A stretch of DNA of 64,000 bases, taken from positions 948,340 through 1,012,339 of the forward strand of contig CAWGUN010000013.1 in NCBI GenBank assembly GCA_963825935.1. Direction: 5' to 3'. The translations under genes and the position numbers were made by a program. Shown piece after piece: positions 27,917-37,694 of the stretch. A model generated the notes under the pieces. It ran no database searches and was not told the origin of the DNA. It saw only the letters and a program-made list of their open reading frames with translations. Position 1 is the first letter of the stretch; the number at the start of each line of letters is the position of its first letter. Source of the stretch: an uncultured Bacteroidales bacterium. Its GTDB lineage: Bacteria; Bacteroidota; Bacteroidia; Bacteroidales; VadinHA17.

Positions 27917-28434
27917 TGATGGCAATAAGGCTCCTCATGATTGCGTTATTAACTCTGACGTCTGTTTCCTGTAATTCCGGCCGGGACAAAACCGGCAATC
28001 AAACGAAGCCCGGTAAAAAGGAAATGGCAGAACTGAACAGATATCTTGTACAGAAAGACAGGGAAAGAATTGAAAATTATATTGAAAGAAAAAACCTTAA
28101 AATGAATGAATCTGCCTCCGGATTGTGGTATTACATTAAATCTGAAGGAGGGGGAAATTATTTTACTGATAATGATAAAGTTGTAATGGACTACGAATGT
28201 TCCCTTCTTGACGGAACTGATTGTTACTCATCAAAAGAACTTGGACCAAAAACAGTAGTTCTTGGCAGAAGCCAAATGGAAGCAGGGCTGAATCAGGGAT
28301 TACGGATGTTAAAACCCGGCGGTGAGGCAATATTTATTTTGCCTCCGTTTTTAGCCTATGGTCTACCGGGTGACCAAAAAAAAATACCTTCAAGGGCAGT
28401 GGTCGTTTATCATATCACGATCCTGAAGGATTAA
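27916..28434 (+). CDS. FKBP-type peptidyl-prolyl isomerase lipoprotein
   Basis: Signal ending LTSVSC, followed by an FKBP core (VVMDYECSLLDGT..LPPFLAYG). Confidence 0.8.
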   Translation: MMAIRLLMIALLTLTSVSCNSGRDKTGNQTKPGKKEMAELNRYLVQKDRERIENYIERKNLKMNESASGLWYYIKSEGGGNYFTDNDKVVMDYECSLLDGTDCYSSKELGPKTVVLGRSQMEAGLNQGLRMLKPGGEAIFILPPFLAYGLPGDQKKIPSRAVVVYHITILKD

Positions 28435-28484
28435 TGATTTATAGAATTTAATATTTAGTTAATAAAAATAAATAATTGGATACG

Positions 28485-28976
28485 ATGATGAAAAAAAGTA
28501 AAACCGGACTTTTAGCAGTAGCAGGTATTATCCTGATTTTAGTTGTCTCCTGCGACCCTTATAAAAAATATGAAAAGGAACAGAAAGCAGAAATTCAGAC
28601 ATTCATTAGCAGTCATCCTGAATATAATTTCCAGCTGAAAAACAGCGGATTGTATTACTGCGATGTTACAGTTGGAACAGGACCGGCAGCAGTCACTCAT
28701 GATACGGCGTATGTCAAGTATACAGCGAAATACCTAAATGGCACCACTTTTGATACGAATGTAGGCAAAAATGATACACTTATATTTCCCATTAATGAGG
28801 GTATTTGGATTGTAGGATTCGACGAGGGTATAACTTATATGAAAGAGGGGGGGAAAGCTGTAATGGTTATTCCATCTGATATTGGATATGGGAACACAGG
28901 TTATTATTTCCCTGCCTGGACACCTCTTTTCTTTGAGATTGATCTGGTAAAAATTGTTCCTGCATCTGGCAAATAG
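28485..28976 (+). CDS. FKBP-type peptidyl-prolyl isomerase lipoprotein
   Basis: Signal ending LVVSC, followed by an FKBP core (VKYTAKYLNGTTFD..IPSDIGYG). ATG 28485 is preferred over TTG 28476. Confidence 0.8.
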   Translation: MMKKSKTGLLAVAGIILILVVSCDPYKKYEKEQKAEIQTFISSHPEYNFQLKNSGLYYCDVTVGTGPAAVTHDTAYVKYTAKYLNGTTFDTNVGKNDTLIFPINEGIWIVGFDEGITYMKEGGKAVMVIPSDIGYGNTGYYFPAWTPLFFEIDLVKIVPASGK

Positions 28977-28978
28977 CA

Positions 28979-29677
28979 TTACTGCAGCACAAATACCGCA
29001 AGCCTTTTATTCAGATCAGGGATATTCATCTTCCATTCTGATATCCTCATCGTTATAATTGATTCAGAAGGCAGGGTAATATCAGCAGCAATGCACAGGA
29101 GGGAATCATTTTTGCAGGACTCAAGGATACATTCCATCATTTTCTGGTTCCTGTAAGGTGTCTCCATAAAGATCTGAGCATAACCTTCCTGTGCCTTCTT
29201 CTCGAGTTCCCGGAGTTTAGCAGACCTTTCAGCAGGTTTTACAGGAAGATACCCGTTGAAAGAAAAATTTTGTCCATTCATACCTGATGATATCAGCGCC
29301 ATTATAATTGAGGATGGGCCAGACAAAGGAGTGACTGTGATTTTTTTACGATGGGCCAGAGAAACTAATTTTGCACCCGGATCAGCAATACCGGGCAGAC
29401 CTGCTTCGCTCATTAATCCGATATCTGACCCGTTGATGACTGGGCCAAGGAAGTGACTTATGTCAGATTCTCCGGTATGTTCGTTAAGTTCAAAAAATAC
29501 TGTTTCATCTATCGGGAATGCTCTGTCAATTGACCTGAGGTACCTCCTTGCGCTTCTGATATCTTCAACAACAAAATGTCTGAGACGCCTTGTTATTTCA
29601 ATCGCTTTTTCAGGGATAACATCCTTGAAATCTTCACCTCCCAAAGTAACAGGTATGAGATATATCTTCCCTTTCAC
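28979..29677 (-). CDS. Tetrapyrrole-methylase-fold SAM-dependent methyltransferase (RsmI-related)
   Basis: GKIYLIPVTLG start and SEAGLPGIADPG motif. Confidence 0.6.
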   Translation of the reverse strand: MKGKIYLIPVTLGGEDFKDVIPEKAIEITRRLRHFVVEDIRSARRYLRSIDRAFPIDETVFFELNEHTGESDISHFLGPVINGSDIGLMSEAGLPGIADPGAKLVSLAHRKKITVTPLSGPSSIIMALISSGMNGQNFSFNGYLPVKPAERSAKLRELEKKAQEGYAQIFMETPYRNQKMMECILESCKNDSLLCIAADITLPSESIITMRISEWKMNIPDLNKRLAVFVLQ

Positions 29678-29793
29678 GACTTATTATTTTATCAAATATA
29701 GCAAATTAACATTAATGCCTTTGAGTAATAAAACGGCTTCCCTGTTGGCTGTTTTAGATTTTTAATATAGGTTTGTCATGAAATTTTTTAGTT

Positions 29794-30558
29794 GTGAAAA
29801 TAACTTTTCTCGGTACCGGTACCTCTCAGGGTGTACCTGTAATAGCATGTGACTGCAAAACATGCATGTCAGATGACCCTCATGATAAAAGGCTCAGGAC
29901 ATCACTTCTTCTTGAAAATGAAGATTCTGTCATTCTCTTCGATGCAGGCCCTGATTTCAGGCAGCAGATGCTCAGGGAAAATGTCAGGAAGCTTGATGCA
30001 ATAATCCTTACTCATGAGCATAAGGACCATATAGCCGGGATGGACGACGTGAGAGCATTTAATTATAAAAGCCAGAGAGCAATCGACATTTATGCTGAAG
30101 AAAATGTTCAGGAAGCTGTCAGAAGGGAATATGCTTATGTGTTTGCAGAAAAAAAATATCCGGGGATTCCTCAGATGAGGTTGAACCTGATAAATGATTA
30201 TCCTTTTATTATTAACAAGATTGAAATTATTCCTGTCAGAGTGCTTCACATGACTCTCACGATTTATGGCTTCAGGGTTGGCAACTTTGCTTATATTACT
30301 GATGCCAGCTATGTACCTGAGGAGTCAAAAGAAAAGCTTATAGGAGTTAAGTACCTGGTAATTAATGCACTCAGAAAAGAGAAGCATATAGCTCATTTTA
30401 ATCTCAGGGAGGCACTGGATTTTATAAGGGAGATTTCCCCGAAAAGGGCTTTTATAACGCACATTAGCCATCAAATGGGGCTTGATAAACAAGTGGCTAA
30501 AGAACTTCCTCCGGGAATAATGCTTGCCTATGACGGTCTAAGTGTAAAATTCGATTAG
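29794..30558 (+). CDS. MBL-fold metallo-hydrolase (PhnP-like)
   Basis: FLGTGTSQGVP, a CDCKTC Zn-ribbon-like pair and the HEHKDH (HxHxDH) motif. Confidence 0.75.
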   Translation: MKITFLGTGTSQGVPVIACDCKTCMSDDPHDKRLRTSLLLENEDSVILFDAGPDFRQQMLRENVRKLDAIILTHEHKDHIAGMDDVRAFNYKSQRAIDIYAEENVQEAVRREYAYVFAEKKYPGIPQMRLNLINDYPFIINKIEIIPVRVLHMTLTIYGFRVGNFAYITDASYVPEESKEKLIGVKYLVINALRKEKHIAHFNLREALDFIREISPKRAFITHISHQMGLDKQVAKELPPGIMLAYDGLSVKFD

Positions 30559-30568
30559 GAAAATTAAG

Positions 30569-30775
30569 CTACTTCCTTTTATAACCCTTGACAAGCTTTT
30601 TCTGGTAACCTGTTGAAAAATAGTATCTGTTCCTGCCGAGCTGAGTGGCATTCACTTTTGATGCATGCTTCCTTTTTTCCAGATATGTGTTTTTCTTTGC
30701 AGGAGCGCAGGCTGAGACTAATACAATACAAATTAAAATCAGGAGATACTTTAATATTTTGATTGTTTTAGACAT
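30569..30775 (-). CDS. Small lysine-rich hypothetical lipoprotein
   Basis: 68 aa with LILICIVLVSAC lipobox. No homology was recognised. Confidence 0.4.
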   Translation of the reverse strand: MSKTIKILKYLLILICIVLVSACAPAKKNTYLEKRKHASKVNATQLGRNRYYFSTGYQKKLVKGYKRK

Positions 30776-30941
30776 TCAGACGGATGTTTAACGAATCACA
30801 TATAAAAGTAGGAATTATTTATTTAATAAAAAAATTGAATGTTCGGCACTGTTTTCAATTTTCCTTTTGAAAAACAATTTTTTTAATGCCATGCATGTTA
30901 TATATTGCAATAAAAAACAATAATTCAATTCAAAGCAATTT

Positions 30942-32852
30942 ATGTATCATTCATTCTTTCGCAATCATTATTTCGATTTCTTGATCACTGCTTTGCTCTG
31001 TTGCTCATCAGCATATTCCCAGAATGTCAGGAACCTGGAAATAGCTACTGGTTCCGGACTTAGGGTTCAGAATCTTGTGCTTACTGATAGTTCCATTCTG
31101 AAGTTAACAGCTGAGAGGCCATTATTCAGCTTTCTCCTTGACGGAATCCTGATTAACACATACGATTATCCCGTATTAAAAGATAGCGGTGTAATGACTC
31201 AGATAATCGGAATCCATCTGAAAGTGAAATTCACCACACCTTCTGTTGTATCCGGTAGATGGACCGGCGAGATCGTTTTTGAGAATACAGGGCGTGATAC
31301 CATTTCTTTAAGCAATGTTGTTCCATTAGGCGAGGAGAGATCATCAGTATATATAACCGGTTATGGCCCTCCCGATCTTGCCCGTGCCTGTCTCTTCAGG
31401 CCGGGTTTCCGTCCATTGAGGGTTATCCTTCCCGATAACGCCTGGGAACTGGGATATTCATCATTTTCAACAGAGAGCGGTTTGTCAGTCTGTGCCCTTG
31501 TAAGAAGACAAAAAACTGAAGGGGGACAGAAAAGAAGATATGAGACTATTCTGCCGCCGAAGTCAAAAGTGACTTATGCAATGTACACCGATATTTTCAG
31601 GGGCGAATGGCAGGAAGGCCTCAGGAAAATGTTCAGGGACAGATATTTATATGACCTGGATAAATTTGACAACACTCTGTTTGAAAGACCCGACCTGGTC
31701 TGGATCAGGGAAAGTTACCTGATCATTCTTCAAATGGCATGGGACAAGGATTTCTATGACAGACTTTCGGGGAAATATACCTTCCCGGACCTTCTTAAAA
31801 AAGGAATTGAAACCCTTGGAGGTACTGATGTATATGCAATATGGCCTACATGGCCGCGTCTTGGGCTCGATCAGAGAAACCAATGGGATATGTACAGGGA
31901 TCTGCCGGGAGGAACCAGCCAGCTCCGCAATCTCGCACGAATGTCCCGCTCTTATGGTACAAAGTTTTTCATTGAATATAATCCATGGGATAACAGCACA
32001 AGGAAAGAGGATCAATTAAAAGGAATGGCAAGTATAATTTCCGAAACCGAAGCAGATGGTGTGGTCCTTGATACAAGAGGGAGTTCAAGCTATGAACTTC
32101 AGGCTGCAGCCGACAGTGTCAGGAAAGGAGTTGTCATGTATTCTGAAGGCATGGCAATTACAAAAGACATGCCCGGCATTATATCGGGCCGCGTTCATAA
32201 TGCAATATTTTTAAGTCCTGAGCTCAATCTCAATAAGCTTATTAAACCTGAATTTGCGATCTTCCGGGTTTGTGATGTTGGCGAAGATGTTCTTCACCGT
32301 GAAATTGCCATTGCATTCTTCAATGGGTATGGTTCCGAGCTGCATCTGGGTCGTCCGGGCGGAAGAGGTGAAAAATATGATGCCGACCTGGAATATCTTG
32401 CTCGTACCACCTTCATACTCAGGCAGAATAATGATGCTTTTCTCGATTATAACTGGACTCCGCTCATCGAAACATATGTGGATAATGTTTTTGTTAATAA
32501 ATGGAATTCGGGAGAAAAGACAGTATATACTATCCTTAACATGAAGTCTGAGGGAGTATCGGGTAAACTTTTTAAAGCTGAAAAGCATAATGGCAGACAT
32601 TTCGTATCGATATGGAATCATGAAAACCTTAATCCAGAAACTGAAAACGGGAAGGTTATTATTTCTTCATTGGCAGATGGATGGAATTCCATCTTTACAG
32701 GATCAAGAAGTGAGGGATCAGTCGACTGCATTGCTGAGTTTCCGGATATTCTAAGATCACGGCTGGATGGTGATTCACTGAAATTAAAAAGCCCGGGGAC
32801 AGGTAAAATATTTATCTGGAAGGGTAATCCTTCACACAAGACTCTGATATAA
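30942..32852 (+). CDS. Hypothetical secreted protein (possibly TIM-barrel glycosidase-like)
   Basis: Signal-like N-terminus ending SSAYSQ. Strand-end acidic residues in KFFIEYNPWD, DGVVLDTRG and VVMYSEG. No named family was recognised. Confidence 0.5.
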   Translation: MYHSFFRNHYFDFLITALLCCSSAYSQNVRNLEIATGSGLRVQNLVLTDSSILKLTAERPLFSFLLDGILINTYDYPVLKDSGVMTQIIGIHLKVKFTTPSVVSGRWTGEIVFENTGRDTISLSNVVPLGEERSSVYITGYGPPDLARACLFRPGFRPLRVILPDNAWELGYSSFSTESGLSVCALVRRQKTEGGQKRRYETILPPKSKVTYAMYTDIFRGEWQEGLRKMFRDRYLYDLDKFDNTLFERPDLVWIRESYLIILQMAWDKDFYDRLSGKYTFPDLLKKGIETLGGTDVYAIWPTWPRLGLDQRNQWDMYRDLPGGTSQLRNLARMSRSYGTKFFIEYNPWDNSTRKEDQLKGMASIISETEADGVVLDTRGSSSYELQAAADSVRKGVVMYSEGMAITKDMPGIISGRVHNAIFLSPELNLNKLIKPEFAIFRVCDVGEDVLHREIAIAFFNGYGSELHLGRPGGRGEKYDADLEYLARTTFILRQNNDAFLDYNWTPLIETYVDNVFVNKWNSGEKTVYTILNMKSEGVSGKLFKAEKHNGRHFVSIWNHENLNPETENGKVIISSLADGWNSIFTGSRSEGSVDCIAEFPDILRSRLDGDSLKLKSPGTGKIFIWKGNPSHKTLI

Positions 32853-32877
32853 GGAAATCAAAGTACTTAATGATACT

Positions 32878-33753
32878 GTGATAGGGATCAAGGATATTTT
32901 CGGCTATTATGAAGGCAAGATAGTTGTACAGCTTATAGAGAACAGGAGGCTGAAAGATGAGAATGTGCTTTATTTGAAAGGAGGCAAGCCATGGATTATT
33001 ACAAAGGTTTTACCGACAAAGAAGGCGACAGGCGCTTTTCCCGATATGGTGCTGGTACCGGGTGCTCATTTCTCCTTTGATGTAACCACGGCCGAAGATT
33101 TCATTCTTTATCCTGATGTGAGCGGTAAAAGCGTTAAAATCGATAGTTTCCTGGTCGATAAATATCCGGTTACAAATGCCCAGTATTTTGAATTCCTTTC
33201 AGGTTCAGGTTATGTTCCTTCTGATACAACACATTTTTTGAAAAACTGGGAATCAGGAACATTCAAACAGGGGCAGGATAAATATCCTGTTGTTTATGTA
33301 AGCTATGAAGATATGCAGGCTTATGCAAAATGGGCAGGTAAAAGATTACCGACACAAGCTGAATGGCAGCTGGCTGCACAGGGTTTGGATAAGCGCCAAT
33401 GGCCATGGGGTAATGAATTCCATGGAACATACTGTAATAATGCATTCGACAGGCCAACACCGGTAGATGCTTTTTCAAAAGGTCAGAGCCCTTATGGCGT
33501 TATGGATATGGTTGGCAATGTGTGGCAGATGACCAATGATATGTATTTTAATGGCACCAGTTATTTTACAATAATCAGGGGTGGCAGTTATTACCGTCCT
33601 GATTCCAGCTGGTGGTACATTCAGGGTGGACCCCAATCACTTGATAAAACTCAGATAATGCTGCTGGTGTCACCAGGTTTCGACCGGAGCTCCACAGTCG
33701 GATTCAGATGTGTGAAGGATGTGGATAGCAGAAACTTCAAGGGGAAAAAATAA
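32878..33753 (+). CDS. Formylglycine-generating-enzyme (FGE/SUMF1) domain protein
   Basis: VDKYPVTNAQYFEF, AKWAGKRLPTQAEWQLAA, GNVWQMT, RGGSYY and FRCV. It has a GTG start and no signal peptide. Confidence 0.7.
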   Translation: MIGIKDIFGYYEGKIVVQLIENRRLKDENVLYLKGGKPWIITKVLPTKKATGAFPDMVLVPGAHFSFDVTTAEDFILYPDVSGKSVKIDSFLVDKYPVTNAQYFEFLSGSGYVPSDTTHFLKNWESGTFKQGQDKYPVVYVSYEDMQAYAKWAGKRLPTQAEWQLAAQGLDKRQWPWGNEFHGTYCNNAFDRPTPVDAFSKGQSPYGVMDMVGNVWQMTNDMYFNGTSYFTIIRGGSYYRPDSSWWYIQGGPQSLDKTQIMLLVSPGFDRSSTVGFRCVKDVDSRNFKGKK

Positions 33754-33763
33754 AAACAGGTAC

Positions 33764-35194
33764 TCACACTTTCAGTTTCTTTTCTATTTCAGTTATCTGA
33801 TTCCTGAAATGTTTGTCGGTATCGATCAGGTTGTTAACTGTTTTACAGGCATGCAATACAGTTGCATGGTCCTTTCCACCGATATGCGAACCTATACTTG
33901 CAAGTGAAGCTTTAGTAAGACTTTTCGAGAAGTACATAGAAACCTGGCGTGCCTGGACAATTTCCCTTTTTCTTGTTTTGCCCTGGATGAGATCGATTGG
34001 GATCTTATAATAATCACAAACTATTTTCTGGATATATTCTATGGTGATCTCTTTTCTTGCCGTGCTGATGAGTTTTTCCACCATCAGTTTTGCAAGGTCA
34101 AGGTTTATTTCCTTTCTGTTAAGTGTCGATTGGGCATAGAGGGAAATGAGAACTGCTTCAAGTTCCCTGATATTATTTGAAATGTTGACAGCAAGGAATT
34201 CAAATATCTCATCAGGAAGTTCTATTCCATCGTTATAGGCTTTTTTCTTAAGTATTGCAAGGCGAGTTTCGTAGTCAGGTCTTTGAAGGTCGGCCTGCAG
34301 TCCCCATTTAAACCTCGACAGGAGTCGTTGTTCCATGCCCTGTAAATCGACTGGTGGTTTGTCGCATGTCAGTATAAGTTGCTTGCCTGATTGATGAAGA
34401 TGGTTAAAGATATGAAAAAAGGTATCCTGGGTTTTTTCCTTTCCTGCAAACTCATGAACATCATCAAGGATGAGAACATCGATCATCTGGTAAAAATGAA
34501 GAAAATCATTCTTGTTGTTGTTTCTGACTGATTCGACAAACTGGGTCTGAAATTTATTTGCATTTACATAAAGTACAGTTTTGTCGGGATGCTTTTCCTT
34601 TACAAGTATTCCGATTGCCTGTGCAAGATGTGTCTTCCCGAGTCCTGAATCGCCATAAATCATTAATGGGTTAAATGCTGTTCCGCCTGGATTATTACCG
34701 ACGGCTATACCTGCTGACCTTGCGAGCCTGTTGCATTCTCCTTCAATATAATTGTTAAAATTATAATCAGGGTTAAGTTTAGGATCGAAATGGACTTTTT
34801 TAATTCCGGGAATAACAAAAGGGTTTCTTATTGAAGGTTGTGTTACATCAAATGGAACCTGGACTGGTTTATTATTAAGATCTGTTTTATTTCTTGACGG
34901 GTATCTTACTGTATAGGGTTTCCCATCAGAATAGTTGGCATTCTCCATTACGACGTTGTATTCGAGCTTGGCATCTGTCCCTATCTCGCGCCTGAGGGTC
35001 TTTCTAAGGATATCAATATACTGTTCCTCGAGGTACTCATAGAAAAACGGACTGGGTACCTGAATGGTCAATACATTGTTTTCGAGCTTTAATGGGATGA
35101 TCGGTTCAAACCATGTTTTGTAGCTGATGGATGGAATAATATCTTTTATTATTTGCAGACAGTTATTCCAAACGTCATGATGGGTTTTGTTCAT
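33764..35194 (-). CDS. dnaA: Chromosomal replication initiator protein DnaA
   Basis: Walker A GDSGLGKTHL, Walker B LILDDVHEF, and a C-terminal DNA-binding domain with DHATVLHA. Confidence 0.95.
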   Translation of the reverse strand: MNKTHHDVWNNCLQIIKDIIPSISYKTWFEPIIPLKLENNVLTIQVPSPFFYEYLEEQYIDILRKTLRREIGTDAKLEYNVVMENANYSDGKPYTVRYPSRNKTDLNNKPVQVPFDVTQPSIRNPFVIPGIKKVHFDPKLNPDYNFNNYIEGECNRLARSAGIAVGNNPGGTAFNPLMIYGDSGLGKTHLAQAIGILVKEKHPDKTVLYVNANKFQTQFVESVRNNNKNDFLHFYQMIDVLILDDVHEFAGKEKTQDTFFHIFNHLHQSGKQLILTCDKPPVDLQGMEQRLLSRFKWGLQADLQRPDYETRLAILKKKAYNDGIELPDEIFEFLAVNISNNIRELEAVLISLYAQSTLNRKEINLDLAKLMVEKLISTARKEITIEYIQKIVCDYYKIPIDLIQGKTRKREIVQARQVSMYFSKSLTKASLASIGSHIGGKDHATVLHACKTVNNLIDTDKHFRNQITEIEKKLKV

Positions 35195-35535
35195 TTAGGT
35201 TTGTTGTTATTATTTTTAAAGGTACGAATCAACTTGATTCGTGAAGCAATATTTGTAAAAAAAAAGCTTATAAAAAAAATTATTTTTGCTTGATTATTTC
35301 AAAAAAAGTCTATGTTTTTAATCATCAGCAACTTATGACAAAATTTTTTTTTCTTTCGTGTAATCTGCTGGATAATAATGAGTTATAATTAATAAAATTG
35401 GTTTGTTGGTGTATTACAACTCTTTATGAACTCTTACTCAAAATTCAACAAAGTAGTTAATTAATGAGTAGTATTTTGACATCAGGTTTTTTTTCTTTTT
35501 CAAGAACAAGATACTCTGAATTTTAGAAATTCAGA

Positions 35536-36489
35536 TCATTCAGAAGGAATATTTTTTTTACCGAAGAGAGAAAAGTGAACATATCTTTTTGGATTGGCTT
35601 TCATGTCCTGTAAAAGTACATTAAGGCTCTCAAGACTGGCGGAAAGATTTGTATAGAGCGAATCGTTAGTCAATAATTGTCCCGCACTTCCTTTACCTTC
35701 ATTCAGATTTCCAATGAGTGTTGAGGCTTTTTCAAGACTTGATTTCAGATTCAGAACAGATTTGTAAATATCTGCTGCAGCAAGTGTATCAGTAATTGAT
35801 TCAAGATTGCTGAAAGTGTTTCTCATCTTTTCGGAATTATCGGAAAGCATCTTTGAAAATTTTGCTATATTATCAAGAGTTGCCTTGAGTTCTCTTTCTT
35901 TCGATCCGATAACTTCGTCGAGGCTTTTTGTTGTACTGTTCAGATTTGCAATTGTCCCGTTCACGTTTTTCCTGAATCCGGGATCCATAATTTCATTGAC
36001 CGAAGTAATAACTGAATCAAGAACGGTCAGCAGGTTAGTAATTTTTTCTTTAACCGGCATCAATTCTGTCTCCAGCTTGGTTAAAATTGATTCCGGGAGT
36101 CTTCCCGGGATTGTATCTCCATCTGAGTAGAATCCGGGACCATCACCGTAGACAAACTGTACTTTCATACCTGCAATTATGGATACGGGGACGATTTCGG
36201 CAACTGTATTCACGGGAAGTTTAAAACCTTTATTGACTGAAAATACCACAAGCAGCCTGCCGCTGGTTGCATCAATAAAATCAATCGACTGGACAACTCC
36301 GACCTTGTATCCGTTTATCTCAACGGGGCTTGATTCGGCAAGACCACCTACCTTATCATACACTGAGTAGTAATATGAAGTACTTTTAAATATATCTTTT
36401 CCTTTAAGGAAATTGAACAGCACGACGAAAGCTACAATGGTGATTAATGTAACCCCACCGACTTTAACTTCATTAGTGATCTTAATCAT
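35536..36489 (-). CDS. MlaD/MCE family protein
   Basis: N-terminal TM helix followed by an MCE domain (GLAESSPVEINGYKVGVV) and a coiled C-terminal half. Confidence 0.7.
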   Translation of the reverse strand: MIKITNEVKVGGVTLITIVAFVVLFNFLKGKDIFKSTSYYYSVYDKVGGLAESSPVEINGYKVGVVQSIDFIDATSGRLLVVFSVNKGFKLPVNTVAEIVPVSIIAGMKVQFVYGDGPGFYSDGDTIPGRLPESILTKLETELMPVKEKITNLLTVLDSVITSVNEIMDPGFRKNVNGTIANLNSTTKSLDEVIGSKERELKATLDNIAKFSKMLSDNSEKMRNTFSNLESITDTLAAADIYKSVLNLKSSLEKASTLIGNLNEGKGSAGQLLTNDSLYTNLSASLESLNVLLQDMKANPKRYVHFSLFGKKNIPSE

Positions 36490-36496
36490 CAGGGTA

Positions 36497-37654
36497 TTAT
36501 TTTATTTTTTCTTTTTTTCTTATTTGTTCCAGAGCCTGCTGCAAAGGTAATATTTTGTTCTCTTTTACAGCAATAACAAATGCGTCAGGAAATAGAGATT
36601 CAATTACTTTCCGGTATTTCACAGCATCGGTATATTCAGTATAATTTCCCGTTGCATATCTGAAACGATCACGCGTGTTGATTTCAACAATGTCATTTAA
36701 TCCCTTAAAATTTTCCGGCTTTACTTCTTTTCTGGTTGCTGAAGTAGCAACCTGCACTCTGAAAACAAGGGAGGTAATAGTGTCACGTGCAATTACTGTA
36801 CTAATGGAATTTTTTTCAGGTACGGACGATATACCGCTTTTGTCATCTATCTCCTCCATATAATCGCGGCAGGCCCTGTAAATAGCGGAGGCAAGATAAT
36901 CCTGTCCCTGATCTGAATTAAGATATTTTTCTTCAACAGGGTTTGAAATGAATCCGGTTTCTATCAATACACTCGGCATTGTGGTATTGAAAAGAACCCA
37001 GAATCCTGCCTGTTTGACCCCCCTGTCTTTCCTGTCGACCCTCTCTGTGAATTGTGTTTGTACTTTTAAAGCAAGATCGGTGCTCTGTTTCTGAAATACA
37101 TTTTGCATCAGGGTAAAAATGATATATGACTCGGGTGATTTCGGATCAAATCCCTGGTATTTAGTCGAATAATCATCTTCAAGGAGAATTACTTCGTTCT
37201 CTTTCATAGCCACTTCAAGATTCTCACTGTCTTTGGCCAGACCCATTATGTAAGTTTCGGCACCTATGACATTTTTTGATTTTGTCCAGTTTGTGTGAAT
37301 TGAGATAAACAGGTCCGCATTGTACTTGTTCGCAATCTGTGGCCGTTCTATCAGGTCCACGGTTGAATCATCATCCCTTGTAAAAACAACAGTTGCATCC
37401 TTATTATTCTCCCTGATATATTCACCTGTTTTTAAGGCAATTGCAAGATTAATATTTTTTTCCTTGCTGAATGATCCCAGTGCACCAGGATCTCTTCCCC
37501 CATGACCCGGATCAATGACAATAACCCATTTACCCTGAGTTTTCGGAATGGGGGCTGAAGCATTTAAATAATAAGGTATTATAAAAAGAGAAAACAAAGT
37601 AGCGGCATATATATTAATGGTATGAAGTTTGCCGTTTTTAATCCCTGTACCCAT
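36497..37654 (-). CDS. N-acetylmuramoyl-L-alanine amidase (Amidase_3) with C-terminal SPOR domain
   Basis: VIVIDPGHGGRDPGA and a SPOR-like tail (FRVQVATS...FVIAV). The start is uncertain: ATGs at 37708, 37696, 37693 and 37654 are all in frame. Confidence 0.8.
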   Translation of the reverse strand: MGTGIKNGKLHTINIYAATLFSLFIIPYYLNASAPIPKTQGKWVIVIDPGHGGRDPGALGSFSKEKNINLAIALKTGEYIRENNKDATVVFTRDDDSTVDLIERPQIANKYNADLFISIHTNWTKSKNVIGAETYIMGLAKDSENLEVAMKENEVILLEDDYSTKYQGFDPKSPESYIIFTLMQNVFQKQSTDLALKVQTQFTERVDRKDRGVKQAGFWVLFNTTMPSVLIETGFISNPVEEKYLNSDQGQDYLASAIYRACRDYMEEIDDKSGISSVPEKNSISTVIARDTITSLVFRVQVATSATRKEVKPENFKGLNDIVEINTRDRFRYATGNYTEYTDAVKYRKVIESLFPDAFVIAVKENKILPLQQALEQIRKKEKIK

Positions 37655-37694
37655 GTTTAGTTCATGTTTTTTTAATAGTTTTACCGCCGACATC

